The position numbers were made by a program, and so were the translations under genes. The notes below the pieces were generated by a model. That model was not told the origin of the DNA and did no database searches. It saw only the letters and a list, made by a program, of their open reading frames with translations. 64,000 bases of DNA from an uncultured Gammaproteobacteria bacterium (GTDB lineage: Bacteria > Patescibacteriota > Patescibacteriia > Magasanikbacterales > UBA922): contig CAZQXB010000001.1 of the NCBI GenBank assembly GCA_964597575.1, forward strand, positions 274,111 to 338,110. The letters run 5' to 3'. Positions 18,097 to 29,741 of the stretch are shown here, piece after piece; the stretch's first letter is position 1; every line of letters begins with the position of its first letter.

Positions 18097-19023
18097 ATGT
18101 ATCACGTCCTCCTCTTCTACAAGCTGTGCAAAGTCGCGAATCCTGATCGCGAAGTTTTAATTCAAAAAGAAGTCTGTAAAGCCCTCGGGCTTACTGGCAG
18201 AATTTTGATTGCAGAATATGGAATTAATGGTACGGTTGGAGGAAGCAAAGAAGCCGTTGCTCAGTACCGCGCGTATATGGACGCCACTCGTCCGTGGCAA
18301 AATATTGATTGGAAAGAGAGTGTAAGTGACGTGGTACCATTCCCACGGTTGCGAGTGCGGGTGCGTGACGAAATTATTACAACCGGTGCGAAAGATATGG
18401 TCACTGGCGCGTGTGCGAGAGCTCGCCATGTATCTCGAGATACATTTCATGACTGGCTCGTGAAAGGCGAAGACATGGTCATTCTCGATATGCGCAATGA
18501 CTATGAGTGGGAAATTGGACGTTTTGTAAACTCAGTTCGTCCACCTATGAAATTTTTTCGTGAACTGAAAGATCATATCGAGTGGTATAAAGAAAACTTT
18601 ATTGGGAAAAAAGTAGTAACCTTTTGTACCGGGGGTATTCGTTGTGAACCAGCGACAGCCTTTTTACTTCAACATGGTTTTGATCCGAAAAATTTATATC
18701 AACTCGAGGGGGGTATTGTGAAGTACGCAGAAAAATATGGAAACGATGGTTTCTATGAAGGGAAGTGCTTTGTGTTTGATGACCGTATTGCGGTGCCAGT
18801 AAATACCAGCGAAACCGCCGTGATTGTAGGTTCGTGCAAACACTGCAAAACAAAAAATGATACATATCGTAACTGTGCCAATAAAGAATGTAATGCACTT
18901 TTTTTGGCATGTGATGCTTGTAATAGCACCCTCATGAATACCTGCAGTGAGGTATGTAAAGGCGTGATTGTACTAGATAAGACCGCTATTCGACCAGTTA
19001 GCCAGACAATGACATTAGGTTGA
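18097..19023 (+). CDS. trhO: Rhodanese-domain tRNA uridine(34) hydroxylase TrhO/YceA family
   Basis: FCTGGIRCE rhodanese active-site loop; KCFVFDDR; C-terminal Cys-rich region. Confidence 0.8.
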   Translation: MYHVLLFYKLCKVANPDREVLIQKEVCKALGLTGRILIAEYGINGTVGGSKEAVAQYRAYMDATRPWQNIDWKESVSDVVPFPRLRVRVRDEIITTGAKDMVTGACARARHVSRDTFHDWLVKGEDMVILDMRNDYEWEIGRFVNSVRPPMKFFRELKDHIEWYKENFIGKKVVTFCTGGIRCEPATAFLLQHGFDPKNLYQLEGGIVKYAEKYGNDGFYEGKCFVFDDRIAVPVNTSETAVIVGSCKHCKTKNDTYRNCANKECNALFLACDACNSTLMNTCSEVCKGVIVLDKTAIRPVSQTMTLG

Positions 19024-19057
19024 CAAAATTCCCTAATTCCTATAGGGTAGAAACCCT

Positions 19058-19190
19058 ATGAGACAAAGAGAAAACAACATGATGATGTATATGATGGCGT
19101 TCGGAATGCTGGAGTTTTTTGCTGCATAGTTTACTTGAAACGCAGAAAAGCACTCCAGCCTTCACTCGAAGGCCTTTTGTTTTTTTAGGG
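19058..19190 (+). promoter_or_regulatory. Candidate Met-codon-rich leader ORF (MRQRENNMMMYMMAFGMLEFFAA) plus terminator hairpin upstream of the SAM hydroxide adenosyltransferase gene
   Basis: ORF 19058-19129 has 7 ATG codons in 23 codons. Stem ctggagt...actccag (19111-19158), then terminator gccttc-actc-gaaggc plus T-run (19158-19190). Confidence 0.3.
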
Positions 19191-19194
19191 TTAT

Positions 19195-19983
19195 ATGTTT
19201 GTTACGATCATTAACGATTGTCGCGATGCGAATGCATTTGGGAGGCAGGGGACGCGGGTAGCTGCTCTTTTTGGTGCACCAATAACGTTGGTTGGTGTCG
19301 AGAATGATTTGGCTGCAGCCGGGAATTTAATTGATGTGCTTGATGCAGGTATGGGAGAAGAGGGGGTTGTGCTTGTGAATGTGGCACCCCGCCACGGAGA
19401 GGCAAAAAAACATGAAAATGGCACACCGTTTGGTTTTTTTTGGTACAAGAAAACACTGATTGTGGCTTCGGTTGACGGGGCGACGGTGGCGCTGGCGAAC
19501 CATCTTGGCCTTGTGAGTGATTTTCAGGTAACGGATATGAGGGAGGTTTTACAGTGGGCTGCGGCAAAGGGATTGATGTCTGAAGAAGATGCTCGAAGAA
19601 TTACCAAAACTCAGTTTCGGAGTTTTGAATATATTCCGCGTTTAGCATTTTGGGTGTGGCAAAAACAGGCGGTTCCTACCACTCCGTATGTGTTTCCTCC
19701 CTGTGATATTGCAGGAAGAATTTGGCAGATCGATAATTTTGGTAACTGCAAAACAACGACTCTCCCTGAAGAAATTAATTTTCCTGAAGGAAAAAGCGTT
19801 GCAACAAGTACTGGCGACACCGTCGCATATGCCCGTCTTAAGGATGTGCCAAACCACGAGCAGGCTCTCGTTATTGGAAGTTCTGGTATTGGAGAAAGGC
19901 GATTTGTTGAATTGGTGATTCAAGGGGGAAATGCCGCGGGGGCTACTGGGCTTAAGCAGGGTGATAAACTCTTTTTTTCGTAA
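19195..19983 (+). CDS. S-adenosyl-L-methionine hydroxide adenosyltransferase (DUF62 / SAM hydrolase family)
   Basis: N-terminal IINDCRDANAFG (TDFG-like) region and C-terminal VIGSSGIGE...GLKQGDKLFF, typical of DUF62. Confidence 0.7.
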   Translation: MFVTIINDCRDANAFGRQGTRVAALFGAPITLVGVENDLAAAGNLIDVLDAGMGEEGVVLVNVAPRHGEAKKHENGTPFGFFWYKKTLIVASVDGATVALANHLGLVSDFQVTDMREVLQWAAAKGLMSEEDARRITKTQFRSFEYIPRLAFWVWQKQAVPTTPYVFPPCDIAGRIWQIDNFGNCKTTTLPEEINFPEGKSVATSTGDTVAYARLKDVPNHEQALVIGSSGIGERRFVELVIQGGNAAGATGLKQGDKLFFS

Positions 19984-20010
19984 CGTACCAAATACTTTAG
20001 GTAAAAAAGA

Positions 20011-20043
20011 AACAAAAAATCCGGCTACTGGCCGGATTTTTTG
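20011..20043. terminator. Bidirectional terminator
   Basis: atccggc-tactg-gccggat flanked by A-run and T-run. Confidence 0.7.
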
Positions 20044-20048
20044 ATGAA

Positions 20049-20291
20049 TTACATTGTTACTTTTGAACCTTTTTTCTGCATTTCTTTGATGAAGGCAAAG
20101 GCCCCTTTTTTCTTCAGAGTACGAAGTGCACGAGTTGAGATCATGACTTTGATTGTCTTTTTGAGCTCAGGAATGAAAACTGATTTTTTTTGTAAGTTTG
20201 CGTACAAGCGGCGTTTGGTTTTCACCTTTGAGTGAGAAACGTTATTGCCGACGATCGTTTTCTTTCCGGTTAAATCGCATTTTCCAGCCAT
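20049..20291 (-). CDS. rpmB: 50S ribosomal protein L28
   Basis: MAGKCDLTGKKTIVGNNVSHSKVKTKRR matches the L28 pattern. Confidence 0.85.
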   Translation of the reverse strand: MAGKCDLTGKKTIVGNNVSHSKVKTKRRLYANLQKKSVFIPELKKTIKVMISTRALRTLKKKGAFAFIKEMQKKGSKVTM

Positions 20292-20392
20292 AGTAAGGGG
20301 GTTTCTAGATTATTTAGAGGGGCGTGGTATACTTGAAACCAAAGCGCAGGACCTCTGCAAAGATGCCAGCATAATACCCTAGACACATTGTT

Positions 20393-21007
20393 TTGTCAAG
20401 TTTCACTATGGATCTCCTTCTTTTTTACCTCATCATTGTTCCGTCAGCCATTCTTCATGAATATATGCATGGCTGGATGGCTGAACGCCTCGGCGACCCA
20501 ACGGCCCGATATGCCGGACGCCTAACCCTCAATCCGTTAGCTCATATTGACCCTATCGGCACAGTTCTTTTACCTCTTCTTCTTATACCCACAGGGATTC
20601 TTTTTGCCTACGCGAAGCCGGTTCCCTATAATCCGTATAATTTACGGAATCAGCGATTTGGCCCGGTGGCAGTGGCACTCGCAGGCCCATTCGCAAATGT
20701 GGTTTTGGCCCTTGTGTTTGGGTATATGGTCCGTATGGGTATTGGGGGTACGGCCACCGAAGCATTCGGGCTTATTGCCTATGCGAATGTGATGCTCTTT
20801 GTGTTTAACTTGGTACCTATTCCGCCTCTCGATGGGTCAAAGGTGCTTCTCGCACTTATTCCGGATGCCCTGTGGCGCCTCCGTCAGCTTCTTGAACAAT
20901 ATGGTTTTATTCTGCTTATCGCGTTTATCTTCTTCTTTTCTAGTGCGCTAAGTCCCATCGTAGAATTTTTGTATCAGCTCATTGTAGGTACCCCTTCTTT
21001 ATTCTAG
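20393..21007 (+). CDS. M50-family (site-2 protease-like) zinc metalloprotease
   Basis: HEYMHG (HExxH) and FNLVPIPPLDG motifs; TM helices. Confidence 0.75.
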   Translation: MSSFTMDLLLFYLIIVPSAILHEYMHGWMAERLGDPTARYAGRLTLNPLAHIDPIGTVLLPLLLIPTGILFAYAKPVPYNPYNLRNQRFGPVAVALAGPFANVVLALVFGYMVRMGIGGTATEAFGLIAYANVMLFVFNLVPIPPLDGSKVLLALIPDALWRLRQLLEQYGFILLIAFIFFFSSALSPIVEFLYQLIVGTPSLF

Positions 21008-21018
21008 GGCTAATGGTA

Positions 21019-21048
21019 TTGACAAATTTGCTTCTTTTTTGCTATACT
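21019..21048 (+). promoter_or_regulatory. Promoter P1 upstream of rpsL
   Basis: TTGACA-18-TATACT. Confidence 0.5.
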
Positions 21049-21164
21049 TTTTCTCGCTTTGTCTGAAAATACTCCAAGTAGAGTGCGTCAGACTTAGTAA
21101 GGAGAATGTATCGTGACTAATCTCGTGACAAGAAGACTTCAGTTCCTCATAGGCGTTGATAGCT

Positions 21165-21192
21165 TGACAAAAACATCCTCCTTCGCTATACT
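21165..21192 (+). promoter_or_regulatory. Promoter P2 upstream of rpsL, followed by a structured leader with a hairpin/T-run just before the RBS
   Basis: TTGACA-16-TATACT. Leader hairpins ccgcctttcggcgg and ggccc-gaatg-gggcc plus T-run. Confidence 0.5.
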
Positions 21193-21337
21193 CTCCACAC
21201 AATGGTTTTAGAACGGAGTAATCCGCCTTTCGGCGGGTGAAGCGTTATCGCCTCGTGCGAACGCCGTTCGGGATATCTTTTCTTCTAGAATTGGCCCGAA
21301 TGGGGCCATTTTATTTTTAATATTTGTTGGACAACCT

Positions 21338-21757
21338 ATGCCAACCATGAACCAGATGCTCCGCAAGGGTCGTCAGGCGGTGAAGACCAAGTCAAAGTCG
21401 CCAGCCTTGCAGTACACCTACGATAGTTTGCATCGCAAACGCACTGACCTGCGTCGCGGAAGCCCATTTAAACGTGGGGTATGTACGAAGGTATATACCA
21501 CGACTCCAAAGAAACCGAACTCAGCGCTTCGTAAAGTTGCCAAAGTTCGTCTTTCAAATGGGGCTGAAATTATCGCCTACATTCCAGGTGAAGGACACAA
21601 TTTGCAAGAACACTCGATTGTTCTTATTCGCGGCGGTCGTGTAAAAGACTTGCCAGGTGTGCGCTACCACATTGTGCGTGGCGTGTATGATACTCAGGGT
21701 GTCTCGGATCGTCGCCGAGGTCGCTCACTCTACGGCGCGAAGCGTCCGAAGAAATAA
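21338..21757 (+). CDS. rpsL: 30S ribosomal protein S12
   Basis: [12 protein letters not shown]...[10 protein letters not shown]. Confidence 0.95.
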   Translation: MPTMNQMLRKGRQAVKTKSKSPALQYTYDSLHRKRTDLRRGSPFKRGVCTKVYTTTPKKPNSALRKVAKVRLSNGAEIIAYIPGEGHNLQEHSIVLIRGGRVKDLPGVRYHIVRGVYDTQGVSDRRRGRSLYGAKRPKK

Positions 21758-21769
21758 ACCCTTCTTTAT

Positions 21770-22249
21770 ATGGCTCGCGGAAGATATATTCCAAAACGTG
21801 TCGTCGCCCCTGATCCAAAATATCGGAGCGAACTTGTCGCAAAATTTACGAACATGGTCATGGAAGCGGGAAAGAAAACCGTAGCACAAGCAATTGTGTA
21901 CCATGCTATGGAACATCTTGAAGAAAAGAAAAAAGGCAATGCACTGAAATTGTTTGAACAGGTTATTGAAACCGTTAAACCACAGGTGGAAGTTCGTTCT
22001 CGCCGTGTTGGTGGTGCAAACTACCAAGTGCCGCTTCCTGTACCAAGTCATCGTCAGAATGCTTTGGCATTCCGCTGGATTATTGAAGCTGCTCGCGGAC
22101 GAAAAGGCCGCACGATGGCTGAACGTCTTTCTCAGGAATTCGTTGATATTATCGATGGCGTCGGTGGTGCATTGAAAAAGAAAGAAGATGTGCACCGCAT
22201 GGCTGAAGCTAACAAGGCTTTTGCGCATTTTGCTCGCTTTACTCGCTAA
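21770..22249 (+). CDS. rpsG: 30S ribosomal protein S7
   Basis: Conserved S7 sequence. Confidence 0.95.
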   Translation: MARGRYIPKRVVAPDPKYRSELVAKFTNMVMEAGKKTVAQAIVYHAMEHLEEKKKGNALKLFEQVIETVKPQVEVRSRRVGGANYQVPLPVPSHRQNALAFRWIIEAARGRKGRTMAERLSQEFVDIIDGVGGALKKKEDVHRMAEANKAFAHFARFTR

Positions 22250-22333
22250 TCTCTTTTTTCGCTGTCAGACATTTTTACGGAAAGTACTTTCTGTAAAAAA
22301 TACTGAGCCGAAAAAGAAGAACTACATTATTCT

Positions 22334-24409
22334 ATGCCTCGAGAATATTCTCTCGAAAAAACCCGTAATATTGGGATCATGGCCCATATTGATGCGGGCA
22401 AAACCACGACCTCTGAGCGTATTCTTTTCTATACCGGAAAGAAACACAAAATCGGGGAAGTGCATGAAGGGGAAGCTACGATGGACTGGATGGAACAAGA
22501 ACGTGAACGTGGTATTACGATTACCTCAGCTGCGACCACTTGTTTCTGGAAAGACTATCGTATTAACCTTATCGATACTCCAGGGCACGTAGACTTTACC
22601 GTTGAGGTAGAGCGCTCACTTCGTGTACTCGACGGTGCGGTAGCTGCATTCGACGGATCACAAGGTGTTGAGCCACAGTCAGAAACCGTATGGCGCCAAG
22701 CCGACAAGTACCATGTGCCTCGTATTTGTTTTGCGAACAAAATGGATAAAATGGGCGCAGACTTTTACATGACACTTGATTCGATCCAAGAACGTCTTTC
22801 AAAGAACGCCGTTGCGATTCAACTTCCTATCGGAGAAGAATCGAGCTTTAGTGGTTTGGTTGACCTTGTTCAAGAAAAAGCATTTAAGTTTGAGGGAGAT
22901 CATGGAATTAATATTGTTGAAATTCCAATTCCTGAAGACATGAAAGCAAAAGTTGCTGATTTTCGTAGCAAACTTCTTGAAAAGGTAGCTGAAGCAAACG
23001 AAACACTCACTAACAAATATCTTGAAACTAACTCACTTACTGTTGAAGAAATTCGCGCAGGTATTCGTGAGATGGTATTGACCGACCGTATTTATCCGGT
23101 GATGTGTGGATCGGCTTTGGGAAATATCGGTGTTCAGCTGGTTCTTGATGCGGTTATTTACTACCTCCCATCTCCACTCGACAAGCCATCAATGGTGGCA
23201 AATGATCCGGATGATGTGGAAAAGCATATCGATGTAAAAATCGACGATAAAGAGCCCTTCGTTGGTTTAGCGTTTAAGATCGCGAGTGATCCTTTCGTTG
23301 GAAAACTGGTCTTTTTCCGCGTGTACTCTGGAACGTTGGCTGCCGGTAGTTACGTTCTTAATACCGTTACTGGTGAAAAAGAACGTATCGGACGTATCGT
23401 TCGTTTGCATGCAAACTCACGTGAAGATGTGCAGGAAGTATATGCCGGAGAAATTGCAGCGGCGATTGGTTTGAAGAATGTTCGAACGGGTCATACCATT
23501 TGCGATGAAAAACGTCCTGTCGTTCTTGAGTCAATGTCATTTCCTGAGCCGGTTATTCACATTGCGATTGAACCAAAAACCAAAGCCGACCAAGAAAAAA
23601 TGGGTATGGCGATGCAGAAACTCGCAGAAGAAGATCCGACGTTCAAAATTCACACAGATCAAGAAACGCTTCAGACAATTATTTCAGGAATGGGAGAACT
23701 TCACCTCGATATTATCGTTGACCGCATGAAACGCGAATACGGTGTTGGGGCAAACGTTGGTGCGCCTCAAGTTGCGTATAAAGAAACCATTCGTGGTTCA
23801 GCTGAAGCCGAAGGTAAATACATTAAGCAGTCTGGTGGTCGTGGACAATACGGTCATTGCTGGCTTAAAGTGGAACCACTTGAAACCGGAAAAGGATTTG
23901 AGTTCGTGGAAGAAATTAAAGGTGGTGCAATTCCTCGTGAATTTATTCCAGCGATTGAAAAAGGTATTAAAGAATCACTTACCAAAGGTGTGGTTGCTGG
24001 ATACCCACTCGTGGATGTAAAAGCAACTGTATTCGACGGTACATACCATGATGTTGATTCGTCTGAGGTTGCCTTTAAGATGGCAGGTTCTATGGCCTTC
24101 CAGGATGCGTGTAAGAAAGCGCAGCCAGTCCTTCTTGAGCCGATCATGAAGATCGAGGTAACCACCCCAGAAGCAAACATGGGTGATGTTATTGGGGATC
24201 TTTCGTCAAAACGTGGTCAGATTCAGGAAATGACTGATCGTGGACAGAATAAAATTGTCCGCGCTCAGGTACCTCTCGCTGAACTCTTTGGATATGTGAC
24301 GAACCTTCGTTCGATTTCACAAGGTCGTGCGTCAGCAAGTATGGAATTCAGTCACTACGCTGAATGTCCAAAAAATGTTGAACAAAAAGTTGTTGAGGGG
24401 AAGAAGTAA
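22334..24409 (+). CDS. fusA: Elongation factor G
   Basis: [11 protein letters not shown]-domain and full-length EF-G. Confidence 0.95.
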   Translation: MPREYSLEKTRNIGIMAHIDAGKTTTSERILFYTGKKHKIGEVHEGEATMDWMEQERERGITITSAATTCFWKDYRINLIDTPGHVDFTVEVERSLRVLDGAVAAFDGSQGVEPQSETVWRQADKYHVPRICFANKMDKMGADFYMTLDSIQERLSKNAVAIQLPIGEESSFSGLVDLVQEKAFKFEGDHGINIVEIPIPEDMKAKVADFRSKLLEKVAEANETLTNKYLETNSLTVEEIRAGIREMVLTDRIYPVMCGSALGNIGVQLVLDAVIYYLPSPLDKPSMVANDPDDVEKHIDVKIDDKEPFVGLAFKIASDPFVGKLVFFRVYSGTLAAGSYVLNTVTGEKERIGRIVRLHANSREDVQEVYAGEIAAAIGLKNVRTGHTICDEKRPVVLESMSFPEPVIHIAIEPKTKADQEKMGMAMQKLAEEDPTFKIHTDQETLQTIISGMGELHLDIIVDRMKREYGVGANVGAPQVAYKETIRGSAEAEGKYIKQSGGRGQYGHCWLKVEPLETGKGFEFVEEIKGGAIPREFIPAIEKGIKESLTKGVVAGYPLVDVKATVFDGTYHDVDSSEVAFKMAGSMAFQDACKKAQPVLLEPIMKIEVTTPEANMGDVIGDLSSKRGQIQEMTDRGQNKIVRAQVPLAELFGYVTNLRSISQGRASASMEFSHYAECPKNVEQKVVEGKK

Positions 24410-24432
24410 GATTAAATTATTTTCTCCAATCA

Positions 24433-24468
24433 AACCCCCCGCAAAAAAGTGCGGGGGGTTTGCGTTTA
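24433..24468 (+). terminator. Terminator after fusA
   Basis: accccccgc-aaaaaagt-gcggggggt then T-rich. Confidence 0.7.
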
Positions 24469-24499
24469 TGTAAGGTTCCTTGGTACCATTGTAAAGAGT

Positions 24500-25243
24500 A
24501 TGAAATTCAACGTCCTTACTATTTTTCCAAATATTATTTCTCAGTACACCAATGAGACGATTTTAGGGCGTGCTCAAAAAAAGAATATTATTTCCGTGAA
24601 TCCCGTTTTTTTACGTGACTTTGCCGAAGGTCGCCACCGAAAAGTCGATGATACACCGTATGGCGGGGGAGCAGGAATGGTGATGAAGCCAGATTCTATT
24701 TATAAGGCCCTCCAATCGATTGACGCGATTCCGATGAAAAAAACGACTGGGCTCGCTCGACTGAAAAAAGTGTTCAATCCAAAAAAAAATAAAAAAAGAA
24801 CCGTGCTGTTATCTCCACGGGGTCGTCAGTTTAATCAACGTATTGCTGAAGACTGGTCAAAACTTTCCGAGATTACTTTTATTTGCGGTCGTTACGAAGG
24901 GGTTGATCAGCGAGTCGTTGATCACATGATCGATGAGGAAATTTCTGTCGGGCCATACGTCCTCGCAGGGGGAGAACTTGGTGCGCTCATTATTATTGAA
25001 GCCGTTTCCCGACTCCTTCCAGGAGTACTCGGCAATCCAGAATCACTCTCCGAAGAAACGTTTGGGGCTTCGGTCGTAGACAAAGAAACACTTGGTCGTG
25101 CAGATGTGAAACATGATGGTGCAGAGTACCCACAATATACGAAGCCCGTAGATTTTATGGGCCACAAAGTACCGGACGTTTTATTAAACGGAGATCATAA
25201 AAAAATCGCCGCGTGGCGGGAGGCGAGTGCAAAAAAAATATGA
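24500..25243 (+). CDS. trmD: tRNA (guanine37-N1)-methyltransferase
   Basis: MKFNVLTIFP start, VDDTPYGGGAGMVM, CGRYEGVDQRV. Start chosen downstream of the fusA terminator. Confidence 0.85.
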   Translation: MKFNVLTIFPNIISQYTNETILGRAQKKNIISVNPVFLRDFAEGRHRKVDDTPYGGGAGMVMKPDSIYKALQSIDAIPMKKTTGLARLKKVFNPKKNKKRTVLLSPRGRQFNQRIAEDWSKLSEITFICGRYEGVDQRVVDHMIDEEISVGPYVLAGGELGALIIIEAVSRLLPGVLGNPESLSEETFGASVVDKETLGRADVKHDGAEYPQYTKPVDFMGHKVPDVLLNGDHKKIAAWREASAKKI

Positions 25244-25623
25244 ACTACGAAGCAAGAAACGGACCTTTCGCTACGCCTGAGGCTGAAGAAACAACCGAGA
25301 GAATTATTTCTCCTCGGGAGCGTATTGATGCAGGGTATTTACAGATGATTCATCGGGAAGCTGCTCTTTTGGCGAGCGTTCTTCGTGAACATGGGTGGAA
25401 CAAGGAAAAGTATGAAAATTTTGTTGCTCAAAAAGATTTTTTGGCAGCCATTTTTTTCCTTGGAGATCAATCCGATATTGTGCTTAAAACAGTCTCCGCC
25501 CTTAGTAAAAAGTTAAATACCATAGAGCTCTTACCAGAAGATAGGGTGTGGTGTTTCGAATTATTTAGTGAACTGGTATCAAACGGGATTCGTGATGATG
25601 AGGATACCTTGGTTGATGGGTAA
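25240..25623 (+). CDS. Hypothetical protein (ATGA overlap with trmD)
   Basis: ORF coupled to the trmD stop; no recognisable motif. Confidence 0.4.
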   Translation: MNYEARNGPFATPEAEETTERIISPRERIDAGYLQMIHREAALLASVLREHGWNKEKYENFVAQKDFLAAIFFLGDQSDIVLKTVSALSKKLNTIELLPEDRVWCFELFSELVSNGIRDDEDTLVDG

Positions 25624-25637
25624 TTTGAGAAGATTAA

Positions 25638-25698
25638 AGTTATCCCCAATTATCCACAGATGACTGCCCTTGACAGTGGGTACAAACGCATATACAAT
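25638..25698 (+). promoter_or_regulatory. 16S rRNA promoter with conserved upstream element
   Basis: agttatccccaattatccacag-N10-TTGACA-17-TACAAT. Confidence 0.55.
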
Positions 25699-25971
25699 GC
25701 TCCTGCAATTACCTCCCTACTATCCAATTGAATCTCCTCTCAAGTCTGGACAGATACTGAGAAGAAAAAAGAGAAACTGAAAATTCGGTTCCTCTTTTTT
25801 CTTTCTTAGGCCTTATAAGCCACAGAAAGATGCTCGTGACAATTCGTAATACAACCATACATTAGAGTAAGGTTTCACAAGATATATGTGACAAGTGACG
25901 AAGATCACCCTTCGGGGTTTGGTCTTTGGAACGTCTATTCTAAAACCATGTTTCATGAGACTGAAACATGT

Positions 25972-27505
<1,534 letters not shown>

Positions 27506-27642
27506 TGGAGTCACTCGCTCGGAAGAGCGTGACCATCATCTTCACCTGAATCTTGATTCAGGATGAAATTAGCAATCAGAATACCGTTCCACGTCCTTGT
27601 CACATACATCCGGTGAAATTACTCTAAAAGTATAATGAAATC

Positions 27643-27668
27643 ATCTCTCCTTAGGGGGAGATGTTTTA
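27643..27668 (+). terminator. Terminator after 16S
   Basis: atctctcc-ttag-ggggagat then gtttt. Confidence 0.5.
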
Positions 27669-27732
27669 ATTATATGGCTTGACTGTCTTTTTCTTTTTTC
27701 GTTATACTTCAATTTCACTTACCAATTCTTGT

Positions 27733-28320
27733 ATGTCCTTTGAGCGCCTTATCCGACTCGCACAAAAAACCGGCCACACCCTCATTGTTCATGATCCGAT
27801 TCAAGGACGGGACGTGGTGCTTGTTTCGGTTGATGAATATGAAGAATTGCTTTCAGGAAGAGAGCGGGAAAAAGAGCTTCAAGAAGCTGTGCGTCAGTCC
27901 CTTGTTCCCACCTGGCAAGAGCAGGTGTTTGTGCCAGACGTACCACCTCCTCCGCCAATGCCGCCAGTTGTTGATCCAGATACGGATATTCCGCCGCTTC
28001 GGGAGTATGAGTTCTCTTCTCATGAAGAGGAAAAAGACGACACTTCTCTTTTGGAAGGCGATGAGGAGGACCTCGGGGATTTGTTTGAAGAAGAAAAAGA
28101 AAAAACCGAAAAAACGACTATTGAGAGGAGCGTATCTGCGGAAGCCGCACCAGGATGGAATTCTTTAGGTGCTATAGCCCGACAACGTTTTCAAAGTGGA
28201 GCGTGGATGCGAGGGGAGAGGGAGCGTTTAGCCGATGAGGTATTTGCCCCAAAACAAACTGAAAAAAAGAGCGATGAAGAGGGGGAAGAACCCATTTTTT
28301 ACGAAGAGCCGGTGGGCTAA
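27733..28320 (+). CDS. Hypothetical protein: Phd/YefM-antitoxin-like N-terminal fold plus long proline/acidic C-terminal region
   Basis: HTLIVHDPIQGRDVVLVSVDEYEELL resembles the Phd/YefM N-terminus. PPPPPMPP then an E/D-rich tail. Confidence 0.45.
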   Translation: MSFERLIRLAQKTGHTLIVHDPIQGRDVVLVSVDEYEELLSGREREKELQEAVRQSLVPTWQEQVFVPDVPPPPPMPPVVDPDTDIPPLREYEFSSHEEEKDDTSLLEGDEEDLGDLFEEEKEKTEKTTIERSVSAEAAPGWNSLGAIARQRFQSGAWMRGERERLADEVFAPKQTEKKSDEEGEEPIFYEEPVG

Positions 28321-28382
28321 AAGTTATCCCCGAAAATTCCACAGGCACAGGGCTTGACGACTGTAAAAAAATACCGTATACT
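28321..28382 (+). promoter_or_regulatory. tuf/S10-operon promoter with the same upstream element as the 16S promoter
   Basis: aagttatccccgaaaattccacag-N10-TTGACG-16-TATACT. Confidence 0.55.
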
Positions 28383-28502
28383 CCTCGTTACATGAAGTTA
28401 GTCTTCGTGTATCTATTTTAGTTAATTATTTCTAATTTTCGGTCCCGCTGGACAACAAAACTCCTTTTGACCATTCAAAAGGGTGCGGGCGAACGTATTG
28501 GT

Positions 28503-29690
28503 ATGACAGAATTTCAACGTGTAAAGCCACACGTGAACGTGGGAACTATTGGTCACGTTGACCATGGTAAAACCACCACAACTGCTGCAATTCTTAAGGT
28601 TGCCGCAGCGCAGGGTTTGACTGCGGACGTGCAGGATGTAAATGCGCTCGATAAAGCGCCAGAATCAAAGGCGCGTGGTATTACCATCGCAACCGCACAC
28701 GTAGAATACGAAACCGCAAATCGTCATTACGCTCACGTTGATTGTCCAGGGCATGCGGACTATGTGAAGAACATGATCACTGGTGCCGCTCAGATGGACG
28801 GCGCCATTCTCGTAGTTTCAGCTGCTGACGGCCCAATGCCTCAGACTCGTGAACATATCCTTCTTTCACGCCAGGTAGGTGTACCATACATTATCGTGTA
28901 CATGAACAAGATCGACATGGTGTCAGATCCAGAACTTGCTGATCTTGTTGAGGCTGAAATTCGTGATCTTTTGAACAAATACGGCTTCCCTGGTGACACC
29001 ACTCCAATTATCCGTGGTTCATCAATCAAAGCTCTTGAAAACCCAACAGATCCAGAAGCGGCAAAACCAATTTTGGAATTGTTGAAAACTCTTGATGAGT
29101 ATATTCCAGAACCAGTTCGTGACCTCGACAAACCCCTCCTTATGCCGATTGAAGACGTGTTTTCAATCGAAGGTCGTGGTACGGTTGTTACCGGTCGTAT
29201 TGAACGTGGTATTGTGAAGATCGGCGACACCATCGAAATCGTTGGGGTACGCGACACACAAACTACAACGGTGACTGGTGTCGAAATGTTTAACAAATCT
29301 CTTGGTCAAGGTCAGGCTGGAGACAACGCTGGTATCCTTCTTCGTGGTACGAAGAAAGAAGACGTTGAACGTGGTATGGTTATTGCGAAACCTGGTTCAA
29401 TTAAACCTCACACAGAAATTGAAGCTGAAGTGTACGCCCTCACGAAAGATGAAGGTGGTCGTCATAAACCATTCTTCAACGGCTATAAACCTCAGTTTTA
29501 CATCCGCACCACGGACGTAACTGGTGATGTTACTCTTCCAGAAGGAACTGAAATGATGATGCCTGGTGACACTGCAAACTTGAAGATCAAGCTCATCGTA
29601 CCAGTTGCGATTGAAGAAAAAATGCGCTTCGCTATCCGCGAAGGTGGCCGCACTGTAGGTGCCGGCGTCGTTACCAAAATTATCAACTAA
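28503..29690 (+). CDS. tuf: Elongation factor Tu
   Basis: [18 protein letters not shown]; full-length EF-Tu. Confidence 0.95.
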   Translation: MTEFQRVKPHVNVGTIGHVDHGKTTTTAAILKVAAAQGLTADVQDVNALDKAPESKARGITIATAHVEYETANRHYAHVDCPGHADYVKNMITGAAQMDGAILVVSAADGPMPQTREHILLSRQVGVPYIIVYMNKIDMVSDPELADLVEAEIRDLLNKYGFPGDTTPIIRGSSIKALENPTDPEAAKPILELLKTLDEYIPEPVRDLDKPLLMPIEDVFSIEGRGTVVTGRIERGIVKIGDTIEIVGVRDTQTTTVTGVEMFNKSLGQGQAGDNAGILLRGTKKEDVERGMVIAKPGSIKPHTEIEAEVYALTKDEGGRHKPFFNGYKPQFYIRTTDVTGDVTLPEGTEMMMPGDTANLKIKLIVPVAIEEKMRFAIREGGRTVGAGVVTKIIN

Positions 29691-29701
29691 TACCAACTTT
29701 T

Positions 29702-29735
29702 AGAGGAGGGGGGATTTCCCCCTCCTCTTGTTCTT
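29702..29735 (+). terminator. Terminator/attenuator hairpin between tuf and rpsJ
   Basis: agaggaggggg-att-tccccctcctct then T-rich, 7 nt before the rpsJ ATG. Confidence 0.5.
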
Positions 29736-29741
29736 TGATCT

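Noticed and set aside
19058-19129. Met-rich ORF as a real protein-coding gene
   Set aside because: It is too short, lacks an SD, and its composition looks like a regulatory leader rather than a functional protein.
25240-25243. Alternative genetic code (UGA recoding)
   Set aside because: TGA functions as a stop at the trmD end (ATGA overlap) and at other gene ends, and gene lengths are normal. The standard code 11 is assumed.
25925-25965. parS-like inverted repeat CATGTTTCA-tgagac-TGAAACATG in the 16S leader
   Set aside because: The half-sites resemble parS but the spacing is wrong (6-bp insert). More likely it is a leader processing stem.
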